IMG/VR virus record: IMGVR_UViG_2061766007_004183
Strand: one strand, 5' to 3'
DNA length: 55,919 nt
DNA from: an uncultured virus (IMG/VR IMGVR_UViG_2061766007_004183)
Taxonomy: Duplodnaviria; Heunggongvirae; Uroviricota; Caudoviricetes
The notes below the pieces were generated by a model that ran no database searches, was not told the origin of the DNA, and was given only the letters and a program-made list of their open reading frames with translations. The translations under genes and the position numbers were made by a program. Numbering within the stretch: position 1 is the stretch's first letter; every line of letters starts with the position of its first letter. This document shows, piece by piece, positions 16,983-26,887 of this stretch.

Positions 16983-17477
16983 CTATATAGAGGGCTTGTT
17001 TTCGAAGTCGGGCAGACCATTTGCCCATTCTGTCAGGCTGGACATTGCCCTGAAAACGTGCTGCATACAGATCAGAGGATCATCGTCGTGTGGCCATCTG
17101 CAGCGAATCGAGTCTGGGACACGATACCAGCCTTCCGGCGGCTGTTCCGGCAGAGTCACGGCAGGATCGAAGGATATGTAAGCCTCGCAGTCTAAAGGCT
17201 GCCGAACAACTACCTTTTGGGCTCCATCCGGCAACTGTTCCACAGAAACGACGCCTGGCATCAGTTCGTGGGGATCCATTCCGTCATTCTCCAGAATGAG
17301 TTCGTTGACCGTGTCATAGGGGTGTCCGCTGCAGCAGAATCTGGTCTTATACCCTTTCAGGTTCAGGATCTGGACCGGCTTAGCGATGTAGTCATCGATC
17401 TCGAAGTAATCGTCCAGGAATCCGTCGATGTTGCTGCTGTATATAATATCAAAGGTCTCGCGATTCATATAGGCCAT
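16983..17477 (-). CDS. Hypothetical protein (LN.KGY.T.FCCSGH motif)
   Basis: GGAG RBS; motif recurrent in phage/MGE hypothetical proteins. Confidence 0.6.
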   Translation of the reverse strand: MAYMNRETFDIIYSSNIDGFLDDYFEIDDYIAKPVQILNLKGYKTRFCCSGHPYDTVNELILENDGMDPHELMPGVVSVEQLPDGAQKVVVRQPLDCEAYISFDPAVTLPEQPPEGWYRVPDSIRCRWPHDDDPLICMQHVFRAMSSLTEWANGLPDFENKPSI

Positions 17478-17544
17478 ACGAACAATCTCCAATCTGCTAT
17501 TAGCTCTAGCCCGCTGGGGACTCCTCATCCCCAGCGGGCCAAAC

Positions 17545-17802
17545 TTACTTTTTCTTCAAAAACTCAAGGACTTCTTCGACCGTTTTCCCGCTGTCAGCAA
17601 CAGCCTTCAGCAGCTTCTCTTTATCCTCCGCAGCTTTTTTCTCAGCCGCGATCTTCAGCGCTGATTCTTTAGCCTTGACCAGTTTCTTCAGTTCAGTTTT
17701 CTTGGCTTTTGCTTTGGCAGTAAGATCAGCGATTTCCTTTTCAACTTCAGCGATTTTCTCCTCTATGTTCTCCGGGATTGCGGTTTTCTTTCCTCTGGGC
17801 AT
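17545..17802 (-). CDS. Small Lys/Ala/Glu-rich coiled-coil protein
   Basis: AAGGAGGG RBS; MPRGKK...SGKTVEEVLEFL. Confidence 0.7.
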   Translation of the reverse strand: MPRGKKTAIPENIEEKIAEVEKEIADLTAKAKAKKTELKKLVKAKESALKIAAEKKAAEDKEKLLKAVADSGKTVEEVLEFLKKK

Positions 17803-17971
17803 GGTCGAGACCCTCCTTCTGTATGGTTGTACACGAAGTATACAACAGAGCAAAACTTGAATCAAGGCAAACAGACTGTCTATTAAGGTATTCCGCCTCT
17901 TGGCATTAACCTAAATTGGATGTAAAGTAAAAGAGGGATGTTTTGTTTTTTGGGACTGGGGGACAATAATT

Positions 17972-18871
17972 GTGAATGTATACCGTATCCACTTAAAAAC
18001 CAACGCAAAAATGAGGCAAAGGCTAATTGATTTTTGCCTAAATCAGAATAATCAACATCTTGCAATCGGCTGGTCCTACTTGCATAAGAGTTTCCCTGAC
18101 ATGAAAACTGCAGTGGAACTCAATGAAGCGTACAAGCGTGAGAACAATGGCGCTGTTAAACGTCCTCTGGCTGCATTTGCTCGCTTACAAAAAGATGATC
18201 TTGTCTGGACGAGGGATCTGAAAGGCTTTTATTACCTATGTCGTGTGACTGGAAGTCCGTATGCATATTGCGATGAGGAACTTGACATAGGAGCGTTGGC
18301 ACCAGTTGAAGCGCACAGTGTAGGTACCAGTATACCCGGAAACATTACTAGTAGATTCACCAGAGCAGGCCGCAGTCCCACTATCGAGCGCATGGCTAAT
18401 GATGCAATCACTATTTACTCCATGTCGCTATATAACGACATCGTAGGAAAAACAGTATATGAGATTCCCAAAGAGAACAAGCATGACCTTTTTGAGTTCC
18501 TTCCCCCGCTTGATCTAGAGGAGTTGGTAATCGACTATTTGCAGATTAAGTATGATTATTATCTGTGCAAAAACTCCGTTGCTAAGAATGACACGACAAT
18601 TAAGGTGGAGTGCGAGCTGTTCCCCAGAAAAAAAGACGGGAACGTGCCTGCGGTGGTTCAGGTCAAAGGCGGTGATGCCAGCGTTCCACCCAGCGATTTC
18701 GATGAATATGTTGCGGCAGGAAAGCACGTCTTCTTGTTCTTTTCAAACCAACGATACGGCAAATCCCGCGAGGGGATGACATATCTCACGAGAGAAGAGA
18801 TTCTTGAGTTTGTTCAAGGCTACTTCGATATCCTGCCTCCTGCAATCCAACACTGGGCGAAGATGGAATGA
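17972..18871 (+). CDS. Putative Mrr-like restriction endonuclease-fold protein
   Basis: N-terminal AIGW/DLVW domain; DLEELV..YLQ and VVQVK (QxK) motif. Confidence 0.55.
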   Translation: MNVYRIHLKTNAKMRQRLIDFCLNQNNQHLAIGWSYLHKSFPDMKTAVELNEAYKRENNGAVKRPLAAFARLQKDDLVWTRDLKGFYYLCRVTGSPYAYCDEELDIGALAPVEAHSVGTSIPGNITSRFTRAGRSPTIERMANDAITIYSMSLYNDIVGKTVYEIPKENKHDLFEFLPPLDLEELVIDYLQIKYDYYLCKNSVAKNDTTIKVECELFPRKKDGNVPAVVQVKGGDASVPPSDFDEYVAAGKHVFLFFSNQRYGKSREGMTYLTREEILEFVQGYFDILPPAIQHWAKME

Positions 18872-18996
18872 TTATTAAACCATATAAGCGGAAAAGCACA
18901 GGACGATAGCATATCCCTAGGATGCCTTTCCACCAATATAATGCCGCGCCGGGTGAATTCAGCCTACTGGCTGCTTCACCCGGCGCAGAAATATGC

Positions 18997-19398
18997 TCAT
19001 TCGCTGAGGAACTTACGAAGATTCACCAGCGCGGCGTTGATAGAATTCAGGGCGGAGTTCATGTGGCAGCCTTCCCGCCTCGCAATTTCACGGATCGAAA
19101 TGTCTTCCATAAAAAACATCAGAATCCTGCGCTGCTGAGTAGGGGTAAGGCGCTTGATCGCAGCATAAAGGGCCTCATACTCCGAGTCGCGGATGACAGC
19201 GTCTTCGGCGTTTTCCCCGTTCGCATAGAAGGTCGTCATATCGAGTTCATCGAGCGTAGTCCTATCACGGTGACGGTATTCCTTACGGTAACCGCGCTGG
19301 TGCTCGTTCTTCATCTCCTGCCACTCTTCAAAGAGTTCGTCACTGACAGGGACTTCCTGGTATTTGCCGTTATAATCCTTAATTCTGATGATCTGCAT
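18997..19398 (-). CDS. Sigma-70 region 4 domain protein (ICE-type)
   Basis: LY.AI.RLTPTQQRRI.MFF.ED.SIREIARREG. Confidence 0.85.
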   Translation of the reverse strand: MQIIRIKDYNGKYQEVPVSDELFEEWQEMKNEHQRGYRKEYRHRDRTTLDELDMTTFYANGENAEDAVIRDSEYEALYAAIKRLTPTQQRRILMFFMEDISIREIARREGCHMNSALNSINAALVNLRKFLSE

Positions 19399-19715
19399 TG
19401 TTTTACCTCCAAGTCGTTAGTTTTTTGAATCGAAAACCAACGGCTCGGAGGGGGCGCTCTCGCCCAAAAGGCACTGAACACAGCGGTCTACTCCCAAATT
19501 CGGGCAGCAAAAAAGCCGGGCACCTGCATTCAGGCGCTCGGCTTTTCCGTTCCCTTATTGGCGGAGAGCATTGAAAAAGGCCCCTTGGGAATCAACCCAA
19601 GGAGCCTAAACGCCCTCTAGCGTAGACCATTATAAGTACCGAAACTCTACACTACAATTTCGCTGGACTGTCATTTCAGAATCGATTTACTGTCACCGGA
19701 TCTCTCATTTGACTC

Positions 19716-20258
19716 TCAGGATACTCTCACTTCCGAATCTCTCGTTTTATACTTTTCGGCGATGACAAGGTCCGGAATGACGACGTGCCACAGATTTCCG
19801 GCCAGGCACCGTACTGCCTTCTTGATATGCCGATAATACGTTGCGGGAGAGATTCCGAGTGCCAGGAAGGCATCTTCGTTGGACCTGCAGTAGGCATCGT
19901 AATAACGCTTGGAAAGGAGCCGATAGTACATTTCACCGCCGTTGGGCTCGGTTTTGACCAGCAGCAGCGCTTCGTCCATCAGATCGAGCAGCTGCATGGA
20001 ATGGCCCATTTCGGCAAGGCGGTCGGCAATACGCTTCCGATCGGCCTCGTGATCGAAATCAATGGCCAGATCAATGAAATCGGTGATGTTCTTATGATGC
20101 CGCTGCAGGCATTCTTCTTCCATCTCCACGATCCCCCGTCCGGCGCGGCGAAGTGTGGCACCGTAAAGGGAAAGCAGGCTTTTGGTGTTGGCCAGTTCTT
20201 CGTCGGTGACCTTGCTGGCCATGTCAAACTGGCGGATATAGCCGGAGAATTTCTCCAT
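19716..20258 (-). CDS. Putative transcriptional regulator with C-terminal HTH (ArpU/RinA-like)
   Basis: LGISPATYYRHIKKAV. Confidence 0.6.
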   Translation of the reverse strand: MEKFSGYIRQFDMASKVTDEELANTKSLLSLYGATLRRAGRGIVEMEEECLQRHHKNITDFIDLAIDFDHEADRKRIADRLAEMGHSMQLLDLMDEALLLVKTEPNGGEMYYRLLSKRYYDAYCRSNEDAFLALGISPATYYRHIKKAVRCLAGNLWHVVIPDLVIAEKYKTRDSEVRVS

Positions 20259-20271
20259 TCTCTGTTCCTCC

Positions 20272-20457
20272 TCACTGATACATTGGCGACGGCATCTTGT
20301 ACCCGATCTCCCGATGGGCCGGCATCTTCAGCCCGTTTGTAAGGGAGGCGAAATTGATCGAGGCAGTTCCGATCCGTCTGCAGATTTCATCTATAGTAGT
20401 CTCCAGCGTGAGGCGTCGCCGGTGCTGCTCATAGTCGTTGAGCGATGGGGGCAGCAT
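20272..20457 (-). CDS. Small protein resembling the C-terminal tail of Y-family polymerases
   Basis: LETTIDEICRRIGTASINFAS resembles LDRAVDAIRGKYGSEVIGRGS at the end of the DinB at 37834-39075. Confidence 0.4.
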   Translation of the reverse strand: MLPPSLNDYEQHRRRLTLETTIDEICRRIGTASINFASLTNGLKMPAHREIGYKMPSPMYQ

Positions 20458-20542
20458 ACACTCAATGCTCGCATCGCTGTTGTTCAGGTCGCTTGCAGGA
20501 TTACTCTTTCTGCCGTAATCATCACTCCCACCACCCGGAATA

Positions 20543-20651
20543 GTTCTAACAAAGTTCTAATTACATTCTAAAAATTCCTGTTGACAAGTGCGAGTTATGC
20601 GGATATACTGCAAATAGTTCTAATTTCGTTCTATTTATTCCAAAATCGTTC
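20543..20651 (+). promoter_or_regulatory. Promoter with 11-bp-phased GTTCTA direct-repeat operators
   Basis: TTGACA(20581)-17-TATACT; GTTC at 20543, 20554, 20617, 20628. Confidence 0.65.
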
Positions 20652-20737
20652 CTGTTACAGCCACACAATAACAGGCCAGCCCGGACTTGTCAATAGAAGG
20701 TTTTAAGACAGCCGGGATCAGCCGGGAGGAGATTGCA

Positions 20738-21175
20738 ATGAAATCGACCGGAGAGAAGATCAGAGACCAGCGCAGAATCCTGGGGATGACCCAGCAGGAA
20801 CTCGCCGCAGCTGCGGGCATGACCAACCGCACCGTATCCAAATACGAAACCGATACGGTTGTGCCGCGCGGCATGAATCTGAAGAAGCTTTGCAGTGTTC
20901 TGCACGTTTCTCAGGCGTACCTGCTGACTCCCAATATCGAAGACCCCTCTTACGGACTGGACGAAGCGCCCTACGTCGAGGCAGCGCATAATGCCTACGG
21001 CAAGAAGGCGGCAGACGATCTTGAAGAACTCCTGCGCGGAGTACAGGCGGCCTTTGCAGGCGGCAAGGTTCCCCAGGCGGACAAGGACAAATTCTTCCAG
21101 GCTGTCACCGAGGCGTACTTCGCGACAAAGGAAGATGCCCACGACAGATTCACTCCGAAGAAGTATCGGAAGTGA
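20738..21175 (+). CDS. XRE-family repressor (ImmR-like)
   Basis: GEKIR..R...GMTQQELA...G.T.RTVSKYE; adjacent to an ImmA-like gene. Confidence 0.88.
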   Translation: MKSTGEKIRDQRRILGMTQQELAAAAGMTNRTVSKYETDTVVPRGMNLKKLCSVLHVSQAYLLTPNIEDPSYGLDEAPYVEAAHNAYGKKAADDLEELLRGVQAAFAGGKVPQADKDKFFQAVTEAYFATKEDAHDRFTPKKYRK

Positions 21176-21286
21176 GGTGCTCCTTCGAACCGCTCGAAAT
21201 CGCTCCCAATGGTGTCCTGTTTATTGGACAGCACCTCGATTATTATGAAGTCGTAGTTTGGGGGCACAGCGTTTTCGGGGAGTGAG

Positions 21287-21835
21287 GTGATCGAATTGCA
21301 GGTAAGTGTTATCAGGCAAGAAGCTCAGCGGCTCAAAGCCAAATACCATACGGATGACCCGTACGACATCTGCCGGGAGATGCGCATTCGTGTGATTCGC
21401 GCATCCATGGGCACGGAACCCGAATCGTGCAAAGGGTTCTTTGTGATTAAGAATCGGTGCAAGGTTATCGTCCTGAACAGTGACCTGCCGGAGAATATCC
21501 AGCGCATCATTCTTGTGCACGAACTGGCGCATGCGAACCTTCACAGCAGTACCGCGATCAGCGCCTTTCATGAGATCCAGTTTTTCGATAATTCCAATGC
21601 GATGGAGTATGAAGCGAACGTATTCGCTGCGGAATTCCTCCTTTCGGACTCCGATGTACTGGAGGCTCTGGAGAATCAACTTGACTTTTACGGGACTGCC
21701 AGTCTGCTGAACGTGCCTCCCGAACTGCTCTCTTTCAAGATCAGGATCCTCCAGCAGGAAGGCTACTCCATCAGATCGCCGATTATTGCCAGAGGAGATT
21801 TCCTCCGTAGGGACATCACCAAGCCGTTAAACTAA
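21287..21835 (+). CDS. ImmA/IrrE family metallopeptidase
   Basis: IVLNSDL, HELAH, EYEANVFAAEFLL. Confidence 0.9.
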   Translation: MIELQVSVIRQEAQRLKAKYHTDDPYDICREMRIRVIRASMGTEPESCKGFFVIKNRCKVIVLNSDLPENIQRIILVHELAHANLHSSTAISAFHEIQFFDNSNAMEYEANVFAAEFLLSDSDVLEALENQLDFYGTASLLNVPPELLSFKIRILQQEGYSIRSPIIARGDFLRRDITKPLN

Positions 21836-21947
21836 TCATGCGGACAGCCGAAGACCGTAAAGGCTATGTTCAGGTCAATGCAAACTTCAAACCTTGGTTT
21901 GCCGCAAAGGCCGGCGGACAGGGCGGGCAGAGAGGAAAGGAGGACCT

Positions 21948-22433
21948 ATGTACAATTCGTATAAGCAGCGGTATTACAACGAGCATCTGAATATCCCGGA
22001 GTCCTTCTATCGTATGCCGAAGGCCTTCATGGTTCGCCTGTTAAAACAGGGCAGCCGTTTCCTCAGTTCTGCATATAACTACACCGACGCAGCGGATGGC
22101 CCGTTCGCCGGACCTTACCGCCAGGGCCAGTTCAAGGTAAGCGTCTTCAAGTCTGGCGACCGATACTGTGCTGCCGCTGAAGTACCGGAACCTTCTGCAC
22201 CAACGCAATGCAGATTGATCGGCTTTTCCGTCAACCACGACGGCACGGATCCGGTATACCGTACAGTGGAGCTGAGCTCTGACGGAACCTATTGCCTGTG
22301 CGGATGGACCGAAGACCGCGTACACATCAATATCGCAGCTGTTGGCAGCAGCTTGTCGGACATGAAGGATGCGATGATCCGAGAACTGCTGAACAGAACG
22401 CCCGTTAGGGACCTTTCCGGAATCACTGCGTAA
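21948..22433 (+). CDS. Hypothetical protein
   Basis: AAGGAGG RBS. Confidence 0.6.
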   Translation: MYNSYKQRYYNEHLNIPESFYRMPKAFMVRLLKQGSRFLSSAYNYTDAADGPFAGPYRQGQFKVSVFKSGDRYCAAAEVPEPSAPTQCRLIGFSVNHDGTDPVYRTVELSSDGTYCLCGWTEDRVHINIAAVGSSLSDMKDAMIRELLNRTPVRDLSGITA

Positions 22434-22468
22434 CGCAGCACGGTGTTTGGGTAAAGGAGGGAGACGAT

Positions 22469-23326
22469 ATGAGCACCAATTCCAATCCTGCGGCGCAGAG
22501 CTCAAACGATCGCCGAACGGCTCCTCAGATACAGAAGGTAGCCGTCAATTGGAAACACGAAATGCTGCTGACCGGTTATAATCCCGGCTATAGTGGTGAC
22601 TCCGACTCCGCATACTATTTCCAAAACAACTACACGAAGATCCCGAATGAGTTCCATGTATGCCCTCCGGAAACGGCGAGGCGGCTGTTCGATCTGGTGA
22701 TCAGGTGTCTGACATCAGTACTGCTGATTTCCGAGGAACAAAAGGAGACTAATTCCGGTGACGGGCTTTATGTGACCTTCTATCTCCGAGACGGCACATA
22801 CAAGGCCTACAGTTGGCGGGATATGATCTTCGGCGATCTGTCCGGTCTTCTGTACTTCAGCGAGTTCGATTACTTCCGAACGGAAACCGGTCCGTACAAA
22901 TATGAGAAGCTATATCTGTCTCCTTCCTTTATGCGCTACGAATATTGGGGCAAGAAGATTACGCTTGAGCATATTCGCCACGTAGTGGAGAAAGGGCAGA
23001 TTCCGTTCAGTTCCTTCTATGATCATCGTGTGAAAGAACTGATCGAGCATGACGAAGGATTCGACTCAAAGCTGGTGATCAACCCGGACAACTCCGTCAG
23101 TATCGTTGGTTTGACGCTGTGGGTTGCTTTTCCCGGTCATTCCATCGAGATCAGCCCGGACGGTCAGATCGTCGAAGACGGTGGATATGCTTATGTGCGG
23201 GTCCTAAAAGAGAACGGCGTAAAAATCGTTTTCTCCGAGCGGGATCGCAAAAGGCTGATCCCCAGAAGTGAAGCAACCTGGAAATGGGGCACCGTGTCCG
23301 CGCCGGAAGAGCCGGCTGATCAGTAA
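22469..23326 (+). CDS. Hypothetical protein
   Basis: AAGGAGG RBS; 285 aa. Confidence 0.6.
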   Translation: MSTNSNPAAQSSNDRRTAPQIQKVAVNWKHEMLLTGYNPGYSGDSDSAYYFQNNYTKIPNEFHVCPPETARRLFDLVIRCLTSVLLISEEQKETNSGDGLYVTFYLRDGTYKAYSWRDMIFGDLSGLLYFSEFDYFRTETGPYKYEKLYLSPSFMRYEYWGKKITLEHIRHVVEKGQIPFSSFYDHRVKELIEHDEGFDSKLVINPDNSVSIVGLTLWVAFPGHSIEISPDGQIVEDGGYAYVRVLKENGVKIVFSERDRKRLIPRSEATWKWGTVSAPEEPADQ

Positions 23327-23365
23327 CCGTCGGAAGTACCGCAGCATCAGAGCCTGTGACCAACC

Positions 23366-24763
23366 ATGGAAAGAGTATATATCTGCATTGATCTCAAATC
23401 CTATTACGCTTCCGTTGAGTGTGTGCATCGCGGACTGGATCCGCTAAAAGCTGACCTTCTGGTAGCGGATCCATCCCGGTCCGATCAGACTATCTGCCTG
23501 GCAGTCTCGCCTTCTCTTAAGGAAAAGGGCGTTCCCAGCCGGCCCAGGCTCTTCGAAGCGAAGCAGAAGATCCGGGATTATGAATTCTCACATCGCACAA
23601 AGGTCGATTATATTATTGCCGTGCCCAGAATGGCGGAGTATGAACGGATCTCAGCGAAGATCTACAGCATCTATCTCAGATACGTTGCTCCGGATGACGT
23701 GCATGTGTACTCCATCGACGAATGCTTCATCGACTGCACGGCGTACCTGCACACATACCGTGCGGAGGCCGAACAGACCGGAACAAACGCTGCGCACGTC
23801 ATGGCCATAACCATGATCCGGGACGTTCTGAAGACGACCGGCATCACCGCGACCGTCGGGATCGGAACGAACTTGTACCTGGCCAAGGTCGCCATGGATA
23901 TCGTGGCGAAGAAACGACCCGCAGATAAAGACGGAGTCCGGATCGCCGAATTGAATGAAGACTCTTATAAGTTTCTCCTCTGGGATCACAGGCCGCTGAC
24001 AGACTTTTGGCAAATCGGGCCCGGAAAGGCCAGACGTCTCCAGAAGGCCTGCATGATGACCATGGGTGACGTTGCCCAGAGATCACAGTGGGATGAAGAG
24101 TGGTTTTACAAGGAATTCGGTATCGACGGCGAGATCCTGATCGACCATGCATGGGGCATAGAGCCGGTCACGATGAAGGATATCAAGTCGTACAGGACCG
24201 AAGGCCACAGTCTTTCAAACGGGCAGGTACTCCCGCGTCCGTACAAATACCCGGAAGCAAAGCTCGCCTTCAGAGAGATGATCGAGGTCTTGTGCTCGGA
24301 CCTGTTTTCAAAGAATCTCGTCACCAGGGGCTGCTCCTGGTGGGTATCCTACGATTATAAAAGTCTGGAAGTCTGCCCAAGTTACGAAGGCCCTGTCGCC
24401 GTAGACTACTACGGCAGGCTCCATCCGACGCACAGCAACGGGACTGTGAAACTGCCGATGCTTACCAACAATTTGCAGATCATCACAGTCCCGTTATTGA
24501 AACAGTTCGATGACAGGACAGACCACCGGCTCCTGTACCGGAGGCTGGGTGTCTGTGCAAACGACGTCGCGGAAGATATGGGTGTTTTCCAGCTGAATAT
24601 GTTCGTGGATTATGAAGCGCTGGAAAGAGACCGGAAACTCCAGGGTGCCATGCTGGAGGTCCGCAGGAAGTTCGGAGCCAATGCCCTTTTCAAAGGCATG
24701 AATCTGATGGAAGGTGCAACGACACTGGAACGCAATCGGCAGATCGGCGGCCACAAGGCATAG
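23366..24763 (+). CDS. Y-family DNA polymerase (UmuC/ImpB/UvrX-like)
   Basis: CIDLKSYYASVEC, YSIDECFID, GIGTNLYLAKVAMD, C-terminal IGGHKA. Confidence 0.92.
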   Translation: MERVYICIDLKSYYASVECVHRGLDPLKADLLVADPSRSDQTICLAVSPSLKEKGVPSRPRLFEAKQKIRDYEFSHRTKVDYIIAVPRMAEYERISAKIYSIYLRYVAPDDVHVYSIDECFIDCTAYLHTYRAEAEQTGTNAAHVMAITMIRDVLKTTGITATVGIGTNLYLAKVAMDIVAKKRPADKDGVRIAELNEDSYKFLLWDHRPLTDFWQIGPGKARRLQKACMMTMGDVAQRSQWDEEWFYKEFGIDGEILIDHAWGIEPVTMKDIKSYRTEGHSLSNGQVLPRPYKYPEAKLAFREMIEVLCSDLFSKNLVTRGCSWWVSYDYKSLEVCPSYEGPVAVDYYGRLHPTHSNGTVKLPMLTNNLQIITVPLLKQFDDRTDHRLLYRRLGVCANDVAEDMGVFQLNMFVDYEALERDRKLQGAMLEVRRKFGANALFKGMNLMEGATTLERNRQIGGHKA

Positions 24764-24797
24764 CCGCTCTTTCTGCTGACGGCAGGAGGAGCAAGCC

Positions 24798-25352
24798 ATG
24801 GATGCAATCGGGGTCATGCCCGTGCCGGAGGATTTCCGCTATCTGGACGTATTTCTGAAGGGAAAACCCCAGCACGACCGCTTTGATCCTTTCAGGGTCC
24901 GCCATCCAAGCATGGACGTCGGGCACAGGGCGAAGATATTCGCCCCCTTTGATGCGCTGAAAGGGTTCAGCGAGGCGATCGCCTCCAAAGACGTTCAGTA
25001 TGAAAGCAGAATTGAGCTGATGCCGGACGATGCCGATGAACTGTCCAGAAGGCTGTCGATCCTCCATAACCTGACTTTTAACAGTCGGATGGCAAGAGCA
25101 AACCACGTTAAGGTTTCGGTCACGTACTATGAGCCCTGCAGGGATAAAGATCACGATGCGTACGGCGTCAAAGGCAGGTACAAGAGCGTAACGGGCATTT
25201 GCTGGAACGTGGACACGGAAGAACACCATACGATCCTGATTGACAGGATGAAGATCCCCTTGGAAGACGTATTAAGAATTGAAAGCTCCGGAGATATTTT
25301 CCGCAGGCATTGGGAGGACGATAATCCGCAGCTGGCCTGTTTTGGAGGATAA
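24798..25352 (+). CDS. YolD-like protein
   Basis: HPSM....RAKIFAPFDALKGF; follows the UmuC-like gene. Confidence 0.8.
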   Translation: MDAIGVMPVPEDFRYLDVFLKGKPQHDRFDPFRVRHPSMDVGHRAKIFAPFDALKGFSEAIASKDVQYESRIELMPDDADELSRRLSILHNLTFNSRMARANHVKVSVTYYEPCRDKDHDAYGVKGRYKSVTGICWNVDTEEHHTILIDRMKIPLEDVLRIESSGDIFRRHWEDDNPQLACFGG

Positions 25353-25387
25353 TCTTCCCTTTTCAATAATCGGTGGAAAGGAAATGG

Positions 25388-26278
25388 ATGGCAATGCAGA
25401 TTCGCGAAGGGACCATTCCCTATCTGAACTATCGGACTTATTACAGGAGCGTCGGGGACCCGGATAGCACAAAAACGCCTCTTCTGCTGCTCCATGGCGG
25501 ACCCGGTTCGACGCACAGTTATTTTGAGGTGCTTGACCGGTTGGCAGATGAAGACGGGCGGCAGATCATCAGCTACGATCAGATCGGCTGCGGCAATTCA
25601 TTCCTTGACGGACACCCTGAGTTATGGAATATGGATACGTGGCTGGGCGAGCTGATTGCCATACGGAATGCCTTGAACTTGAAGGAAGTCATCATCCTTG
25701 GCCAATCCTGGGGCGGAATGCTGCTGCTCGAATACGTCTGCCGCCATGATCATACCGGTGTGAAAGGGATCATACTTGCAAGCACCCTACCATCTGCAAA
25801 GCTTTGGGCACTCGAACAGGAAAGGCTGTTGCGCCAGCTCCCGGAGGATATGCTGAAAGCCGTACGCCAGGCTGTGGCAGACGGAGATTTCTCTTCGCCG
25901 GAATATAAGAAAGCAGAAGCCTTCTATATGGCCCGACATGCCGCCAGAGAATACGGAGCAGATGATCCGGAATGCCTGACCCGGCCCGTGCGTCATGGTG
26001 ATGAATGCTACCTCACCGCATGGGGACCGAACGAATTCACGCCCACGGGGACGCTGAAAGATTTTGACGTGTTGGATGACCTGGGAAAAGTAGACGTGCC
26101 CGTTCTTATTACGAGCGGGGGAAACGATCTCTGTACCCCTTATATCGCAAAGGTGATGCACGACGCGATTCCCGGCTCCCGCTGGGAATTGTTCCGGGAT
26201 TGCCGCCACATGAGCTTTGCTGAAGACACCGACAGGTATTGTTCGCTTCTTATGGAATGGCTCGCGTCAATATCATGA
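25388..26278 (+). CDS. Proline iminopeptidase-family alpha/beta hydrolase
   Basis: LHGGPG, YDQIGCGNS, GQSWGG nucleophile elbow. Confidence 0.9.
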   Translation: MAMQIREGTIPYLNYRTYYRSVGDPDSTKTPLLLLHGGPGSTHSYFEVLDRLADEDGRQIISYDQIGCGNSFLDGHPELWNMDTWLGELIAIRNALNLKEVIILGQSWGGMLLLEYVCRHDHTGVKGIILASTLPSAKLWALEQERLLRQLPEDMLKAVRQAVADGDFSSPEYKKAEAFYMARHAAREYGADDPECLTRPVRHGDECYLTAWGPNEFTPTGTLKDFDVLDDLGKVDVPVLITSGGNDLCTPYIAKVMHDAIPGSRWELFRDCRHMSFAEDTDRYCSLLMEWLASIS

Positions 26279-26330
26279 TCGCCGCAGAAGAATAGCCAGG
26301 CTCCTCTGAACGAACAGAAAGGATAACACT

Positions 26331-26522
26331 ATGGCGTACTGGAAGCAGAAAACGCACCTGCTCCGTCCTAATGAGTTCATCTGCTCCTCATGCAGGGCGT
26401 CTAGCGCAAAACCATATGAAAACTGTCCCTCTTGCGGGGCAATCATGAGAAATGCGCGGTATGAACCGTCCTGGGTCGATGAGGCGGAAGAACTCTCCGC
26501 ACTGCTGGATGATGACTGGTAG
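26331..26522 (+). CDS. Small zinc-ribbon protein
   Basis: CSSC...CPSCGA; AAAGGA RBS. Confidence 0.7.
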   Translation: MAYWKQKTHLLRPNEFICSSCRASSAKPYENCPSCGAIMRNARYEPSWVDEAEELSALLDDDW

Positions 26523-26887
26523 CTGTGAGTTCCGTATCGAAAGGTTTCCGACAACGGGCCTTCCCCGGCGTACTGCCTGACGGGATGGCCCGTTTCCTTT
26601 ACCTTTTGTGTATTTCTGCTCCGGAAGGGAAATTTGGGTATTATAGAACGCCTCAGCGGGAAGCGGTAAGATATCTCTGTTCTTACTAGATTCTTTCTCC
26701 TTTTGGAGCTTCCTAAGTTGTGAGCCATGCGATTTGCTGGCATTGCTGAGGCGAGGATTATCTTTTTTAATCACCGCCTGCCCATTTTGCGCCCTGATTT
26801 GATTCTTCAGATCAGAGCGCTCTTTTTGTCCAGACTCCGAGTGATCGGGTTTGAGAATATGTATTTGGAAAGGCGGTATCAAACAAG

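Noticed and set aside
20543..20631. GTTC-N7-GTTC as an alphaproteobacterial LexA box
   Set aside because: Gene content is clostridial, where LexA binds GAAC-N4-GTTC; a local regulator is more plausible
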